Assembly: GCA_003212655.1 (NCBI GenBank)
Contig: QCPF01000003.1
Span: 4,952 to 68,951 of the forward strand
DNA: 64,000 nt
Reading direction: 5' to 3'
Source: Prochlorococcus sp. AG-436-D21
GTDB taxonomy: Bacteria; Cyanobacteriota; Cyanobacteriia; PCC-6307; Cyanobiaceae
The notes under the pieces are model-generated. The model did not search any database and had not been told where the DNA came from. It saw only the letters and a program-made list of their open reading frames with translations. Shown here piece after piece: positions 1 through 8,981 of this stretch; position 1 is the first letter of the stretch; every line of letters begins with the position of its first letter. A program made the position numbers and the translations under genes.

Positions 1-657
1 GCATTTGGTTATAACTATGATTGTGATTTAAAACTTTCCCAGGAGAAAGCAGTACAAGTTGCTATGGGAATGATTAAAGATTGGAAAGAATTAGGTTGTA
101 AACCAGGGAAATTGACTTGGACTCATCGCTCTGATGGATCAGGTACAACTAAAGCTTTTACAAACTCTATGGAAGCTTTTTCAAAAACCTGGACATTAGG
201 CACAGGTAAGTCTGTAAAATGGCCTGCAGGTGTTGGAGCAAAGGGTAATTCAGGTGTAGCAGGTGTTATACAAAATACTCCTGGGGCAATTGGTTATGTT
301 AACCAGTCTTATATAAAAGGTAATGTTAAAGCCGCTGCACTTCAGAATCTTTCTGGAGAATATGTAAAGCCTACAGTTGAGGCAGGAGCTAAGGCTCTTA
401 ATGGTATTACTCTAGATGAAAATCTTGCTGGTAAAAATCCTAATCCAACTGCAAAAGGAGCATACCCTATAGCTTCATTAACATGGATACTTGCTTATGA
501 AGAGGGTAATGGTAGAAACACTAAAGCTATCAAACAAGCCTTTAATACATTATTAAGTGATGAGTATCAAGATAAAGCTCCATCACTTGGATTTGTCCCC
601 TTAAAAGGAGATATTCTTGAGAAGTCAAGAGCTGCTGTAAAAAGAATCGGTAAATAA
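1..657 (+). CDS. pstS: Phosphate ABC transporter substrate-binding protein (5' partial; frame open from base 1)
   Basis: HRSDGSGTT, GAKGNSGVA, GAIGYV and YPIASLTW motifs; pstCAB nearby. Confidence 0.96.
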   Translation, partial: AFGYNYDCDLKLSQEKAVQVAMGMIKDWKELGCKPGKLTWTHRSDGSGTTKAFTNSMEAFSKTWTLGTGKSVKWPAGVGAKGNSGVAGVIQNTPGAIGYVNQSYIKGNVKAAALQNLSGEYVKPTVEAGAKALNGITLDENLAGKNPNPTAKGAYPIASLTWILAYEEGNGRNTKAIKQAFNTLLSDEYQDKAPSLGFVPLKGDILEKSRAAVKRIGK

Positions 658-674
658 ACCGTAAGACAATATTT

Positions 675-705
675 AAAAGGAGGAATTTATTTCCTCCTTT
701 TTTTT
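675..705. terminator. Rho-independent, probably bidirectional terminator between pstS and chrA
   Basis: aaaaggaggaa-tttat-ttcctcctttt hairpin with a T-tract, between convergent genes. Confidence 0.85.
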
Positions 706-1930
706 ATGCAAACAAATATTTTGACAAGCCTAATATTAAAGAAAAAAGAATGAGTATATATGTTGGAACTATTTTTAAAAAAGATAATAGTGTGGAGATT
801 AAAACTATAAAAATAGAGCTAATTAAAAAGAATTTTGATGAAAAACTATCTTCAATTAAATTAAATCCAGAGAAAATAACTGCTCCAGGAATTGTATTGA
901 TCACTCCTTCGATAAAGTAATTAATTGATTTAATTCTGTTTTTTATAAAGCCTTTTCCAAAAACAAAAATCAATATAAAACTTGGTAAAAAAATTGCAAA
1001 AGTTGATATAAATGAATACTTTAAAGCTTCATTTATTCCTCCGATTGAAAACCCTGCTTTATATCCAATAAAACTTGTAATTAATAAGACAGGCCCAGGT
1101 GTTATTTGGCTAATCATTATTCCATCTATAAATTCATTATTTGTTAACCATCCTTGCGAGATAACATAATCACTCATAATAGGAATGATTACTAATCCAC
1201 CTCCAAAAATAAAAAGTCCCGATTTAAAGAAGAAAAAAAACAGATTAAGGTAATCTACTAAAAACTTTGAGGTTATAGACTCTCTTAAAAAATTATAAAA
1301 CTTTGATATATCTAAAAAGACCGAGCTAATCAAAAATGAGGTTGTTGAAAATATAGATAAAGGGACCAAGCTATAAAAAATATTTTTGAATTTCTTTAAA
1401 AATATATTTATCAATCCTGCAATACTAAGAATTGTTATGAGTGGAAATTGAATACTATTATATTTAGCAAATATAAGTAGAAATAATATTGAGCTGGAGA
1501 ATAATATTCGATCAAACTTTAATCTTTTTTTTAATAGAACTAATGAGAATGAAAAAATTATTCCTGCAATAATAGGCGGATTAAAATAAATTAAATCTGT
1601 TAAGAATTTTGATCCAGAACCAATTTGCCAAAAAAAACTAAGAGCTAATACCGAAATGAATCCTGGGATAATGAAACTTATACCTGATATCAATCCACCA
1701 AGATAACCATTTAATTTAAGACCTATATATATTGCCAATTGAGTAGATATTGGTCCTGGAAGTATTTGACATAATCCAATACCTTTTTCAAAAGATTGAG
1801 TTGATATGAATTTTTTATTATTTATTAGTTCATCTTCGAATAAGGAAATATGAGCATAGGGTCCTCCAAAACTTAAAATACCAATTTTTAAGAAAGTTTT
1901 TGCGAGTTCAATTAAGGATATTTTTGCCAT
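704..1930 (-). CDS. chrA: Chromate efflux (CHR family) transporter, long-chain
   Basis: Duplicated CHR motifs GILSFGG/QILPGP and FIFGGG/QITPGP; multi-TM. Confidence 0.9.
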   Translation of the reverse strand: MAKISLIELAKTFLKIGILSFGGPYAHISLFEDELINNKKFISTQSFEKGIGLCQILPGPISTQLAIYIGLKLNGYLGGLISGISFIIPGFISVLALSFFWQIGSGSKFLTDLIYFNPPIIAGIIFSFSLVLLKKRLKFDRILFSSSILFLLIFAKYNSIQFPLITILSIAGLINIFLKKFKNIFYSLVPLSIFSTTSFLISSVFLDISKFYNFLRESITSKFLVDYLNLFFFFFKSGLFIFGGGLVIIPIMSDYVISQGWLTNNEFIDGIMISQITPGPVLLITSFIGYKAGFSIGGINEALKYSFISTFAIFLPSFILIFVFGKGFIKNRIKSINYFIEGVINTIPGAVIFSGFNLIEDSFSSKFFLISSIFIVLISTLLSFLKIVPTYILILFSLILGLSKYLFA

Positions 1931-1960
1931 TAAAATATTCTAATTCCCAAAAATTAGTCT

Positions 1961-3220
1961 TTAAGGAGCTGATAGGCTTTGTTTGAACGAGGGTAATTTA
2001 AGACTCGAAATCCAAGATAAGAAAATTAAAAGTGATGAAAAATAAAGACAATATTGAAGACCAACACTTGCATTTCTCCCAATCATAAATAATAAGCCAG
2101 AGAGTAATGTTCCAATTAGTCTTCCAGCAGCATTTGCCATGTAATAGAAGCCAACATTTAAACTGACTTTTTCATTATCAGAGTAGGCCAAAATCATATA
2201 AGAATGTGTAGATGAATTCATTGCAAAAACAAATCCAAAAATAGTAAGTCCTAAAATTATTGCTATTGATGGAGAACTTTCTCTCCATAATGCGATTCCT
2301 ATTAAAGATGGTATGACCATTAATACGGCACTCCAAAATTGGATAGCTTTACGATCTGGACTTTCTTTCTGGCCCCACATCTTTCTAATTGCTGGAGCAG
2401 AAGCCTGAACAATTCCATAACCTATTACCCAGGCCCCAAGAAATAATCCTATTTCCATGTAGTCCCAACCAAATGCAATATCAAGGAATACTGGAAGAGC
2501 TACAACAAACCAAACATCTCTTGCTCCAAAAAGAAAGAATCTTGCTGCTGAAAGAATATTTATGGCATCTGATTTTGAAAAAAGATCATTAAAAGCTGGT
2601 TTGGTCTTCATCTTACCAATTTCTCCAGGTAAAATTAATGTCAATAAAAAGGCTAAGCAAAGTCCAAAACCCATAATTCCTACAGCATTATTGAATCCAA
2701 ATAACTTATATAAAAGTCCACCCAAGAAAAAGCCAACTCCCTTAAGTGCATTTTTAGATCCAGTTAAAATAGCAACCCATTTAAAAAGTTGTTTTTGACT
2801 AGTATCATTGCCATCATTTGTCTTTGGAACTACTTTCTTAACAGCACTTTTAGCACTCATTTTATTTAAATCTTTTGCTATCCCACTGACTGCTTGAGCA
2901 ACCATAACGTATACGACACTAAATATTACTGGCCAATCCTCCTTAACTGGAATAAGCATGAAAAGGGCAATGATTTGAAGAATAGTCCCAATCCATAAAG
3001 TAAGCCTTAAACCATATCTTGCTCCTATCCAACCACCATATAGATTAGTAATTATTCCAAAAAACTCATAAAAAAGGAAAAGTAAAGCAATTTGTAGAGT
3101 TGTGTAACCTAGCTCATGAAAGTGACCAACAACTAATAATCTTAATGCGCCGTCAGTAAGCGTGAACGCCCAATAGTTTGCTGTAACAACACTATATTGT
3201 TGAATATTAGATAACTTCAT
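1961..3220 (-). CDS. arsJ: Organoarsenical efflux MFS transporter (ATG at 3220 preferred over TTG at 3235)
   Basis: NYWAFTLTDGALR, AKDLNKMSAKS, LTGSKNALKG and VGFYYMANAAGRL motifs; directly downstream of a gap gene. Confidence 0.9.
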   Translation of the reverse strand: MKLSNIQQYSVVTANYWAFTLTDGALRLLVVGHFHELGYTTLQIALLFLFYEFFGIITNLYGGWIGARYGLRLTLWIGTILQIIALFMLIPVKEDWPVIFSVVYVMVAQAVSGIAKDLNKMSAKSAVKKVVPKTNDGNDTSQKQLFKWVAILTGSKNALKGVGFFLGGLLYKLFGFNNAVGIMGFGLCLAFLLTLILPGEIGKMKTKPAFNDLFSKSDAINILSAARFFLFGARDVWFVVALPVFLDIAFGWDYMEIGLFLGAWVIGYGIVQASAPAIRKMWGQKESPDRKAIQFWSAVLMVIPSLIGIALWRESSPSIAIILGLTIFGFVFAMNSSTHSYMILAYSDNEKVSLNVGFYYMANAAGRLIGTLLSGLLFMIGRNASVGLQYCLYFSSLLIFLSWISSLKLPSFKQSLSAP

Positions 3221-3231
3221 AAAGACATAAA

Positions 3232-4257
3232 TCAAATCTCTTTTTTGATTACATATTCAGTAAGATCTGCAAGTCTGCAGCTGTAACCCCACTCGTTGTC
3301 ATACCAAGCGTATATCTTTAATAAATTTGAATTAACAACCATCGTTGATAAACTATCAACGATTGAACTTCTAGGGTCATTTACATAATCTGCAGAAACT
3401 AAAGGTCTCTCTTCGTAGCCAAGAATTCCTTTTAAATAAGTTTCTGAAGCTTCCTTAAGTGCCAAATTTACTTGTTCAACTGTCACTTCATTATTTAATT
3501 CAAAAACTGCATCAGTTAAGGAACCATTAAGTAGAGGAACTCTTACTGCATGGCCATTTAATTTTCCTTTTAATTCTGGAAAGATCTCAGCGATAGCTTT
3601 AGCAGATCCAGTAGTAGTAGGTATTAAACTTTGCATACATCCTCTTGCTCTCCTCAAATCGCTTTTATAAAAATCTACAGGAACTTGAGTGTTCGTGACA
3701 TTGTGAATAGTTGTAATAGCGCCATGTTTAATTGAGAAATTTTCATTAATTACCTTTACTATCGGAGCTAAACAATTTGTAGTGCAGGATGCTGCAGTTA
3801 CTAATTTATGTTTGGAAGGGTCATAAAGACTTTGATTTATGCCATAAACAACATTAAGTGATTCAGCTTCTGCAACAATTCCTTTGACTGGACAAGCTAC
3901 TATCACTCTTTTCATCCCTAGAGAATCAAAATAGGGATTTAGTTTGTCTGGCTTTTTATTCTTTCCTGTACATTCCAAAATAATATCTACAGAAGATTTT
4001 TCCCAAGGAACATCAAGGTAATTTTTAAAAGATGTGTAGGTTAATTTCTTTCTATCAATTATTATTTCTTCTTCTTTAACCTTTATATCTTTCCCCCATC
4101 TGCCATGGACTGAATCGAATTCGAGTAGATGTGCAGCGGCATTCGAATCTCCGGCTATCTCATTAATGTGAGTTATTTCTATATCAGCTCTATCCCATAA
4201 TGCTTTGAAAACTAATCTTCCTATTCTTCCAAAACCATTAATTCCAATTTTCATCAC
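3232..4257 (-). CDS. gap: ArsJ-associated glyceraldehyde-3-phosphate dehydrogenase
   Basis: [23 protein letters not shown]...DLRRAR and WYDNEWGY motifs; adjacent to arsJ; AGGAG RBS at 4266-4270. Confidence 0.93.
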   Translation of the reverse strand: MMKIGINGFGRIGRLVFKALWDRADIEITHINEIAGDSNAAAHLLEFDSVHGRWGKDIKVKEEEIIIDRKKLTYTSFKNYLDVPWEKSSVDIILECTGKNKKPDKLNPYFDSLGMKRVIVACPVKGIVAEAESLNVVYGINQSLYDPSKHKLVTAASCTTNCLAPIVKVINENFSIKHGAITTIHNVTNTQVPVDFYKSDLRRARGCMQSLIPTTTGSAKAIAEIFPELKGKLNGHAVRVPLLNGSLTDAVFELNNEVTVEQVNLALKEASETYLKGILGYEERPLVSADYVNDPRSSIVDSLSTMVVNSNLLKIYAWYDNEWGYSCRLADLTEYVIKKEI

Positions 4258-4276
4258 TTTGAAATCTCCTATTAAA

Positions 4277-4317
4277 ATTATACATCAAAATATTTTGATG
4301 TATCAAGATGTTTTTAT
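4277..4317 (-). promoter_or_regulatory. gap-arsJ-chrA promoter overlapped by an ArsR-type operator
   Basis: Perfect 24-bp palindrome atacatcaaaatattttgatgtat (4280-4303) containing ATCAA-N6-TTGAT, plus a degenerate second copy (4302-4317); minus-strand TTGATA-N18-TATAAT. Confidence 0.8.
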
Positions 4318-4371
4318 TAATGAAATCTTTTTTATTTAAGCTATATTTAGGAGAATTTAATTACTTTAAAA

Positions 4372-4692
4372 TTGTTAAAAGAGAGTAGCAAAGTAAAAAA
4401 AGAAAATATATCTAAGTTGATGGTTTCATTTTCTGATCCTTTTAGGCTAGAAATAATTGACCTAATGATGGATGGAGAAGTTTGTGTTTGCGATATTATG
4501 AAATTAACTAATTTATCTCAATCAAGAATCTCATATCACATAAAAATTTTGAAGGAAGCTGGTCTTATCTCAGATAGGCAAGAAGGTAGATGGGTGTATT
4601 ACAGCTTAAATAAAGAATCTCTCTTTTTGATCAAGGATTGGATAACTTCTTTGACAGATTATTCCTCAAATAGAAAACGTTGCTGTGAATAA
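4372..4692 (+). CDS. arsR: ArsR/SmtB family arsenic-responsive repressor
   Basis: SDPFRLEI, EVCVCDI, SQSRISYHIKILKEAGL and EGRWVYYSL motifs; C-terminal CC; divergent from gap-arsJ. Confidence 0.92.
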   Translation: MLKESSKVKKENISKLMVSFSDPFRLEIIDLMMDGEVCVCDIMKLTNLSQSRISYHIKILKEAGLISDRQEGRWVYYSLNKESLFLIKDWITSLTDYSSNRKRCCE

Positions 4693-4710
4693 ATTATATT
4701 TTTGATTTTA

Positions 4711-4917
4711 TTAATTAACTTCTGATTCCCTGTCATAAGTCATTCCTGATTGTTCCATCCATTCAGCTTTAGTTTTGCAATTTTGTTTGTGATTAAAGAT
4801 GTGAAAACCTTCAATAATAATCATTATGGATAGAAGCAAAATAGGAATAAAATATACAGGGGAAGATATTACTTTTTTATATTTGATTTGAGAAATAAAT
4901 TCCCTGTATTTAAACAT
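4711..4917 (-). CDS. Small single-TM hypothetical protein
   Basis: 68-aa ORF with a hydrophobic segment ending in IEGFHIFNH; AGGG RBS-like sequence upstream. Confidence 0.65.
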   Translation of the reverse strand: MFKYREFISQIKYKKVISSPVYFIPILLLSIMIIIEGFHIFNHKQNCKTKAEWMEQSGMTYDRESEVN

Positions 4918-5094
4918 TCCCTCAGTTTCTATTCAATAAATAATATTCACCTATGGTTAAGTAAAGTTAAAGAAAAAATTTTTGAAGAAATTAATTTAAG
5001 GATGTTTACTTTTCATGACTTTCTTATACCTTTAACCCCTCTTAAAGTCTTTTACGACATTTGGTAGTAGATTTATAGAGATATTCTTTTTTTA

Positions 5095-6042
5095 ATGGAA
5101 GAGAAATTAACTCTTTTCAAGAATCGTAAAAGATTCGGTATCGAAAAAAATATAGATATTATCTTCAAGAATACTGCCCTAGTCTTGTCTAGTTTCGTAG
5201 CAATAATACTTTTAGGAATAATTTTAGTAGTCTTTTTTCAGTCATTTGAATCTTTTTCAAGGTATGGCTTGAAGTTTTTAGTCACCTCTGAATGGAATCC
5301 TGTAAAAGATGAATACGGAGCTTTTACTGCAATTTATGGCACATTAGTAACATCATTTCTTTCGTTATTAATAACTATCCCTTTGGGAGTTGGAACTGCA
5401 ATATTTATTACCGAAGACTTTGTGCCTAAAGTTGTTAGAGAAATAATAGGTTCCTTTGTTGAATTACTAGCGGCTATTCCATCAGTTGTATTGGGACTTT
5501 GGGCAATATTTGTGATGGAACCTTTTTTTAGAGCCTTTTTTGTCTTTTTACATAATTTCTTTGGTTGGATACCTTTATTCAGTACAGAACCTACAGGAAG
5601 AAATTCCTTGTTAGCAATATTGATTTTAGTAGTTATGCTTTTGCCAATAGTGACTTCCATTGCAAGAGATTCACTCAATCAGGTTCCTAAAAAGCTTAGA
5701 AATGCAGCCTATGGAATTGGTGCAAGTAGATGGAAAACAATATTTTCAGTAATTTTGCCGGCAGCATTATCAGGAATTATGGCAGGTGTTTTATTGGCTT
5801 TAGGCAGAGCGATGGGAGAAACTATGGCTGTGACAATGATTATTGGTAATTCTAATGCATTTAGTTGGTCTCTATTATCTCCTGGATATACCATTTCTTC
5901 CATGCTTGCAAACCAGTTTGGTGAGGCTGATGGAAGTCAGGTTTCATCACTCTTTTATGCAGCTTTTGTACTTATGATCCTTTCTTTGGTGGTCAATATC
6001 TTTGCGCAATGGCTAGTTAAGAAATTTAGTCTCAAATATTAG
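5095..6042 (+). CDS. pstC: Phosphate ABC transporter permease PstC
   Basis: ELLAAIPSVVLGLW and LGRAMGETMAV motifs. Confidence 0.96.
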   Translation: MEEKLTLFKNRKRFGIEKNIDIIFKNTALVLSSFVAIILLGIILVVFFQSFESFSRYGLKFLVTSEWNPVKDEYGAFTAIYGTLVTSFLSLLITIPLGVGTAIFITEDFVPKVVREIIGSFVELLAAIPSVVLGLWAIFVMEPFFRAFFVFLHNFFGWIPLFSTEPTGRNSLLAILILVVMLLPIVTSIARDSLNQVPKKLRNAAYGIGASRWKTIFSVILPAALSGIMAGVLLALGRAMGETMAVTMIIGNSNAFSWSLLSPGYTISSMLANQFGEADGSQVSSLFYAAFVLMILSLVVNIFAQWLVKKFSLKY

Positions 6043-6048
6043 ATAATT

Positions 6049-6942
6049 ATGAATTCACTCTATTACCAGAAAAGATTATCAAGAAATATAGGAGATAAAT
6101 TCTTTACTTCTTTATCAGTAATTTGTGCATTGATCGCAATACTACCTTTGATTTTTCTGGTCACTTATATTCTTATCAAAGGTGGATCTCAAATCACACC
6201 AGAACTATTTACTTTAGAACCAAATCCGCCTGGAGATGATTTAGATGCAGGAGGTATTAACCCTGCATTGATCGGAACATTAATAATAACTACCATTGCT
6301 TCAATTATTGCGATACCAGTAGGTGTTGGTGGGGGGATATATCTAGCGGAATATTCTAAAGGCGGTGCTTTTTCAAGATTTATCAGATTTGGGGTAAATG
6401 TTTTAGCTGGAGTCCCTTCAATTATTGCCGGTGTTTTTATTTATGCCTTAATAGTTTCTACAAAGATCTTATTTGGAAGTATGTACAGTGGTTTGGCTGG
6501 AGGGATGGCGCTCTCAATATTAATGTTGCCTACTGTGATTAAGACTACTGATGAAGGTTTAAAGTTAGTGCCAAACGAATTAAGATATGCCTCTCTTGGT
6601 GTTGGAGCAAGTATGTATACCACCATATTAAAAGTTACTTTGCCATCTGCATTTAGGTCTATTGCTACTGGCGTTGTACTTGGAATCGCAAGAGCTGCAG
6701 GTGAAACAGCACCTTTGATATTTACGGCTTTATTCTCTTACTACTACATAACAGGCTTAGGAGACTTGTTTTATGAGATGGGTTCTTTGGCTGTATTGAT
6801 ATACAACTTTGCTCTTGAACCTTATGATGCACAGAATAAATTAGCCTGGGCAGCTTCCTTTATTCTTGTTTTATCGATACTATCAGTAAATATATTTTCA
6901 AGGATTTTGGCTGCTTTTACTGAGAAAACTAAGAGAGTATAA
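6049..6942 (+). CDS. pstA: Phosphate ABC transporter permease PstA
   Basis: LAGVPSII and ARAAGETAPL motifs. Confidence 0.96.
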   Translation: MNSLYYQKRLSRNIGDKFFTSLSVICALIAILPLIFLVTYILIKGGSQITPELFTLEPNPPGDDLDAGGINPALIGTLIITTIASIIAIPVGVGGGIYLAEYSKGGAFSRFIRFGVNVLAGVPSIIAGVFIYALIVSTKILFGSMYSGLAGGMALSILMLPTVIKTTDEGLKLVPNELRYASLGVGASMYTTILKVTLPSAFRSIATGVVLGIARAAGETAPLIFTALFSYYYITGLGDLFYEMGSLAVLIYNFALEPYDAQNKLAWAASFILVLSILSVNIFSRILAAFTEKTKRV

Positions 6943-7752
6943 ATGATTAAAACTAATAAAAAAATACCAAAGAATATCATTTTATCTCTTGAGAATGTAT
7001 CTATTAGCTATGGAACTTTTGAAGCAGTAAGAAATGTTTTTTGTAACTTTAAAAAAGGCAATATAACATCTCTTATTGGTCCTTCTGGTTGCGGTAAATC
7101 CACTGTTCTTAGATCTTTAAACAGGATGAACGATTTAATTCCTAATTGTTCGTTAAAAGGAACTGTCTTGTTTGATGGAACTAATATTTACGACAAAAGA
7201 GTAGATCCAGTTGAAGTAAGAAGAAGAATTGGAATGGTTTTTCAACAACCTAATCCTTTTCCTAAATCTATCTACGAAAATATTGCATTTGGAGCAAGAA
7301 TTAATGGCTTTACAGGAGATATGGATGAACTAGTAGAAAGTTCACTTAGAAAAGCTGCTTTATGGGACGAATGTAAGGATAAATTAAATGACAGTGGTTA
7401 CTCTTTATCTGGTGGACAACAACAAAGATTATGTATTGCTCGAACGATTGCAATTGAACCTGAAATAATTCTCATGGATGAACCTTGTTCAGCATTAGAT
7501 CCAATATCTACTTTAAAAATAGAAGAGACGATGCACGAACTGAAGAAGAATTACACAATAATTATCGTTACTCATAATATGCAACAGGCATTAAGAGTTA
7601 GTGATATGACTGCATTTTTTAATGCTATTGAATATGAAGATGGTGATGGAGGGAAAGTTGGTTATCTTGCAGAATTTAATTCCACTAAGAAAATTTTTAA
7701 TTCTCCAAAAGAAAAAACTACTCAGGAATACATATCAGGTAAATTTGGTTAA
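6943..7752 (+). CDS. pstB: Phosphate ABC transporter ATPase PstB
   Basis: [34 protein letters not shown] and DEPCSALDP motifs; ends YISGKFG. Confidence 0.97.
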   Translation: MIKTNKKIPKNIILSLENVSISYGTFEAVRNVFCNFKKGNITSLIGPSGCGKSTVLRSLNRMNDLIPNCSLKGTVLFDGTNIYDKRVDPVEVRRRIGMVFQQPNPFPKSIYENIAFGARINGFTGDMDELVESSLRKAALWDECKDKLNDSGYSLSGGQQQRLCIARTIAIEPEIILMDEPCSALDPISTLKIEETMHELKKNYTIIIVTHNMQQALRVSDMTAFFNAIEYEDGDGGKVGYLAEFNSTKKIFNSPKEKTTQEYISGKFG

Positions 7753-7756
7753 TGTT

Positions 7757-7794
7757 AAATTTTTACCTTTAAAAAGAAAAATTTTTACCTTTAA
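7757..7794. repeat. Perfect 16-bp direct repeat (aaatttttacctttaa x2, 22-bp period)
   Basis: Copies read directly at 7757-7772 and 7779-7794. Confidence 0.8.
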
Positions 7795-7860
7795 GAAAGG
7801 CAAGGGGTAGACAAACAGTATAAATACCTATATAGTTATTTCGAATTAGTAAGTTTATCT

Positions 7861-7950
7861 TTGAAAAACTACCCTTTTCTACCTTTCTTGATTTTTGCAG
7901 GGGCTCTCATAACAACTGCAACAATAGGATTGCCCGTATTTACTTCATAA
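7861..7950 (+). CDS. Putative 29-aa hydrophobic microprotein MKNYPFLPFLIFAGALITTATIGLPVFTS
   Basis: Manual translation from a TTG start; one TM-like segment; not in the ORF track. Confidence 0.5.
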   Translation: MKNYPFLPFLIFAGALITTATIGLPVFTS

Positions 7951-8146
7951 TTTAAGAGTATTTCTATTTCAGGTAATCTTATGGTTTCAATAATAAATAA
8001 AGAATTAATTGGAAGTCCTCATAAAACCTTAATAAAGGGAAATTTATTTGACTTTATAAAAAAAAGAGAGAATATGAATCTGTGTGGGAGTGAAAAATCT
8101 GTATTAAAACCATTTTTAAAAGTGGTTAATTTCTAATTTATTTATC

Positions 8147-8293
8147 ATGGATAAAACTAAAGAACAGTTAGAAAAATTAAGAGAAGTAGCAGAAGCATCT
8201 CTTACAAAAACGGATGAACTTCAAAAAGTTCTTGCTCAAATCGAAGCTTTAATGTCTAGAGAAGAATCACAAACATTATCAAAGAAGAAGTAA
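8147..8293 (+). CDS. Putative 48-aa coiled-coil microprotein (MDKTKEQLEKLREVAE...)
   Basis: Manual translation; ATG start, heptad pattern, codon usage like neighbouring genes. Confidence 0.65.
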   Translation: MDKTKEQLEKLREVAEASLTKTDELQKVLAQIEALMSREESQTLSKKK

Positions 8294-8329
8294 TTATTTA
8301 AAAAATAATTTTAGGTTTTGTACTTTTAA

Positions 8330-8458
8330 TTACACCCATACAATTCCATTGTAGTTATTAATTGGGTATGCAGAACCCGTTCCAAAGTTTTCTGTTAGGT
8401 CTCGAGGTCTTACCTTCTTTAAGTAAAAGACCTCTTTAATTTGTTTGTTTTTATTATA
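8330..8458 (-). other. Structured element: candidate sRNA or non-AUG 36-aa peptide gene
   Basis: Minus-strand TATAAT (8453-8458); gaggtctt...aagacctc hairpin (8404-8434); open frame 8440-8330 beginning at ATT. Confidence 0.35.
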
Positions 8459-8476
8459 TTTTTATAACCTGCTTAT

Positions 8477-8779
8477 TTAGTTGATTACTTTATAGATTTC
8501 TTTCAAGCAGACATTTACATCAAAAGATTCAGTATTTACAACCTCTAATCCTGTTTTTTCAGTAACTTCAACAGTTGCATTACATTCGTCTTGTTTAAGA
8601 GCCATATAACTTGGCTTTATGTCTTCAATCTCTAATTCAACACTTGATTCAGTATCTTCTTTATATTGTTCCATTACTAATGTAAGTGCCTCTATCTCAA
8701 CCGAAAAATTATCATTTGCTTTTGCTCCAAATGAAACTACAAGAAATGGAAATAAAATCAAGGCTATTAATTTTTTCAT
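8477..8779 (-). CDS. Secreted acidic hypothetical protein
   Basis: Signal peptide MKKLIALILFPFLVVSFGAKA; two Cys residues. Confidence 0.75.
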   Translation of the reverse strand: MKKLIALILFPFLVVSFGAKANDNFSVEIEALTLVMEQYKEDTESSVELEIEDIKPSYMALKQDECNATVEVTEKTGLEVVNTESFDVNVCLKEIYKVIN

Positions 8780-8981
8780 TTCTATAAAATGTGTTTATTT
8801 TTTTTATAACGTGGATTGTCTGCTAAGGAAAGGGTCATTAGCTTCAAAAAAATTTTTTCTATTTCTACTAGTAGAGATTGATTTATAGAAGTAAAATAAT
8901 TGATAAAAAAAATAATCGAGACTTTTAAGTATAAATTGGCATATCTAAATGAAAAATTTAAGTCACTTCAATAGGATTTTC

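Noticed and set aside
7622-7810. 62-aa ORF overlapping the pstB 3' end
   Set aside because: Out-of-frame overlap with pstB and no independent support
7981-8136. 51-aa ORF MVSIINKELIGSPHK...
   Set aside because: No RBS or motif; it runs through promoter-like and poly-A sequence and is plausible by chance
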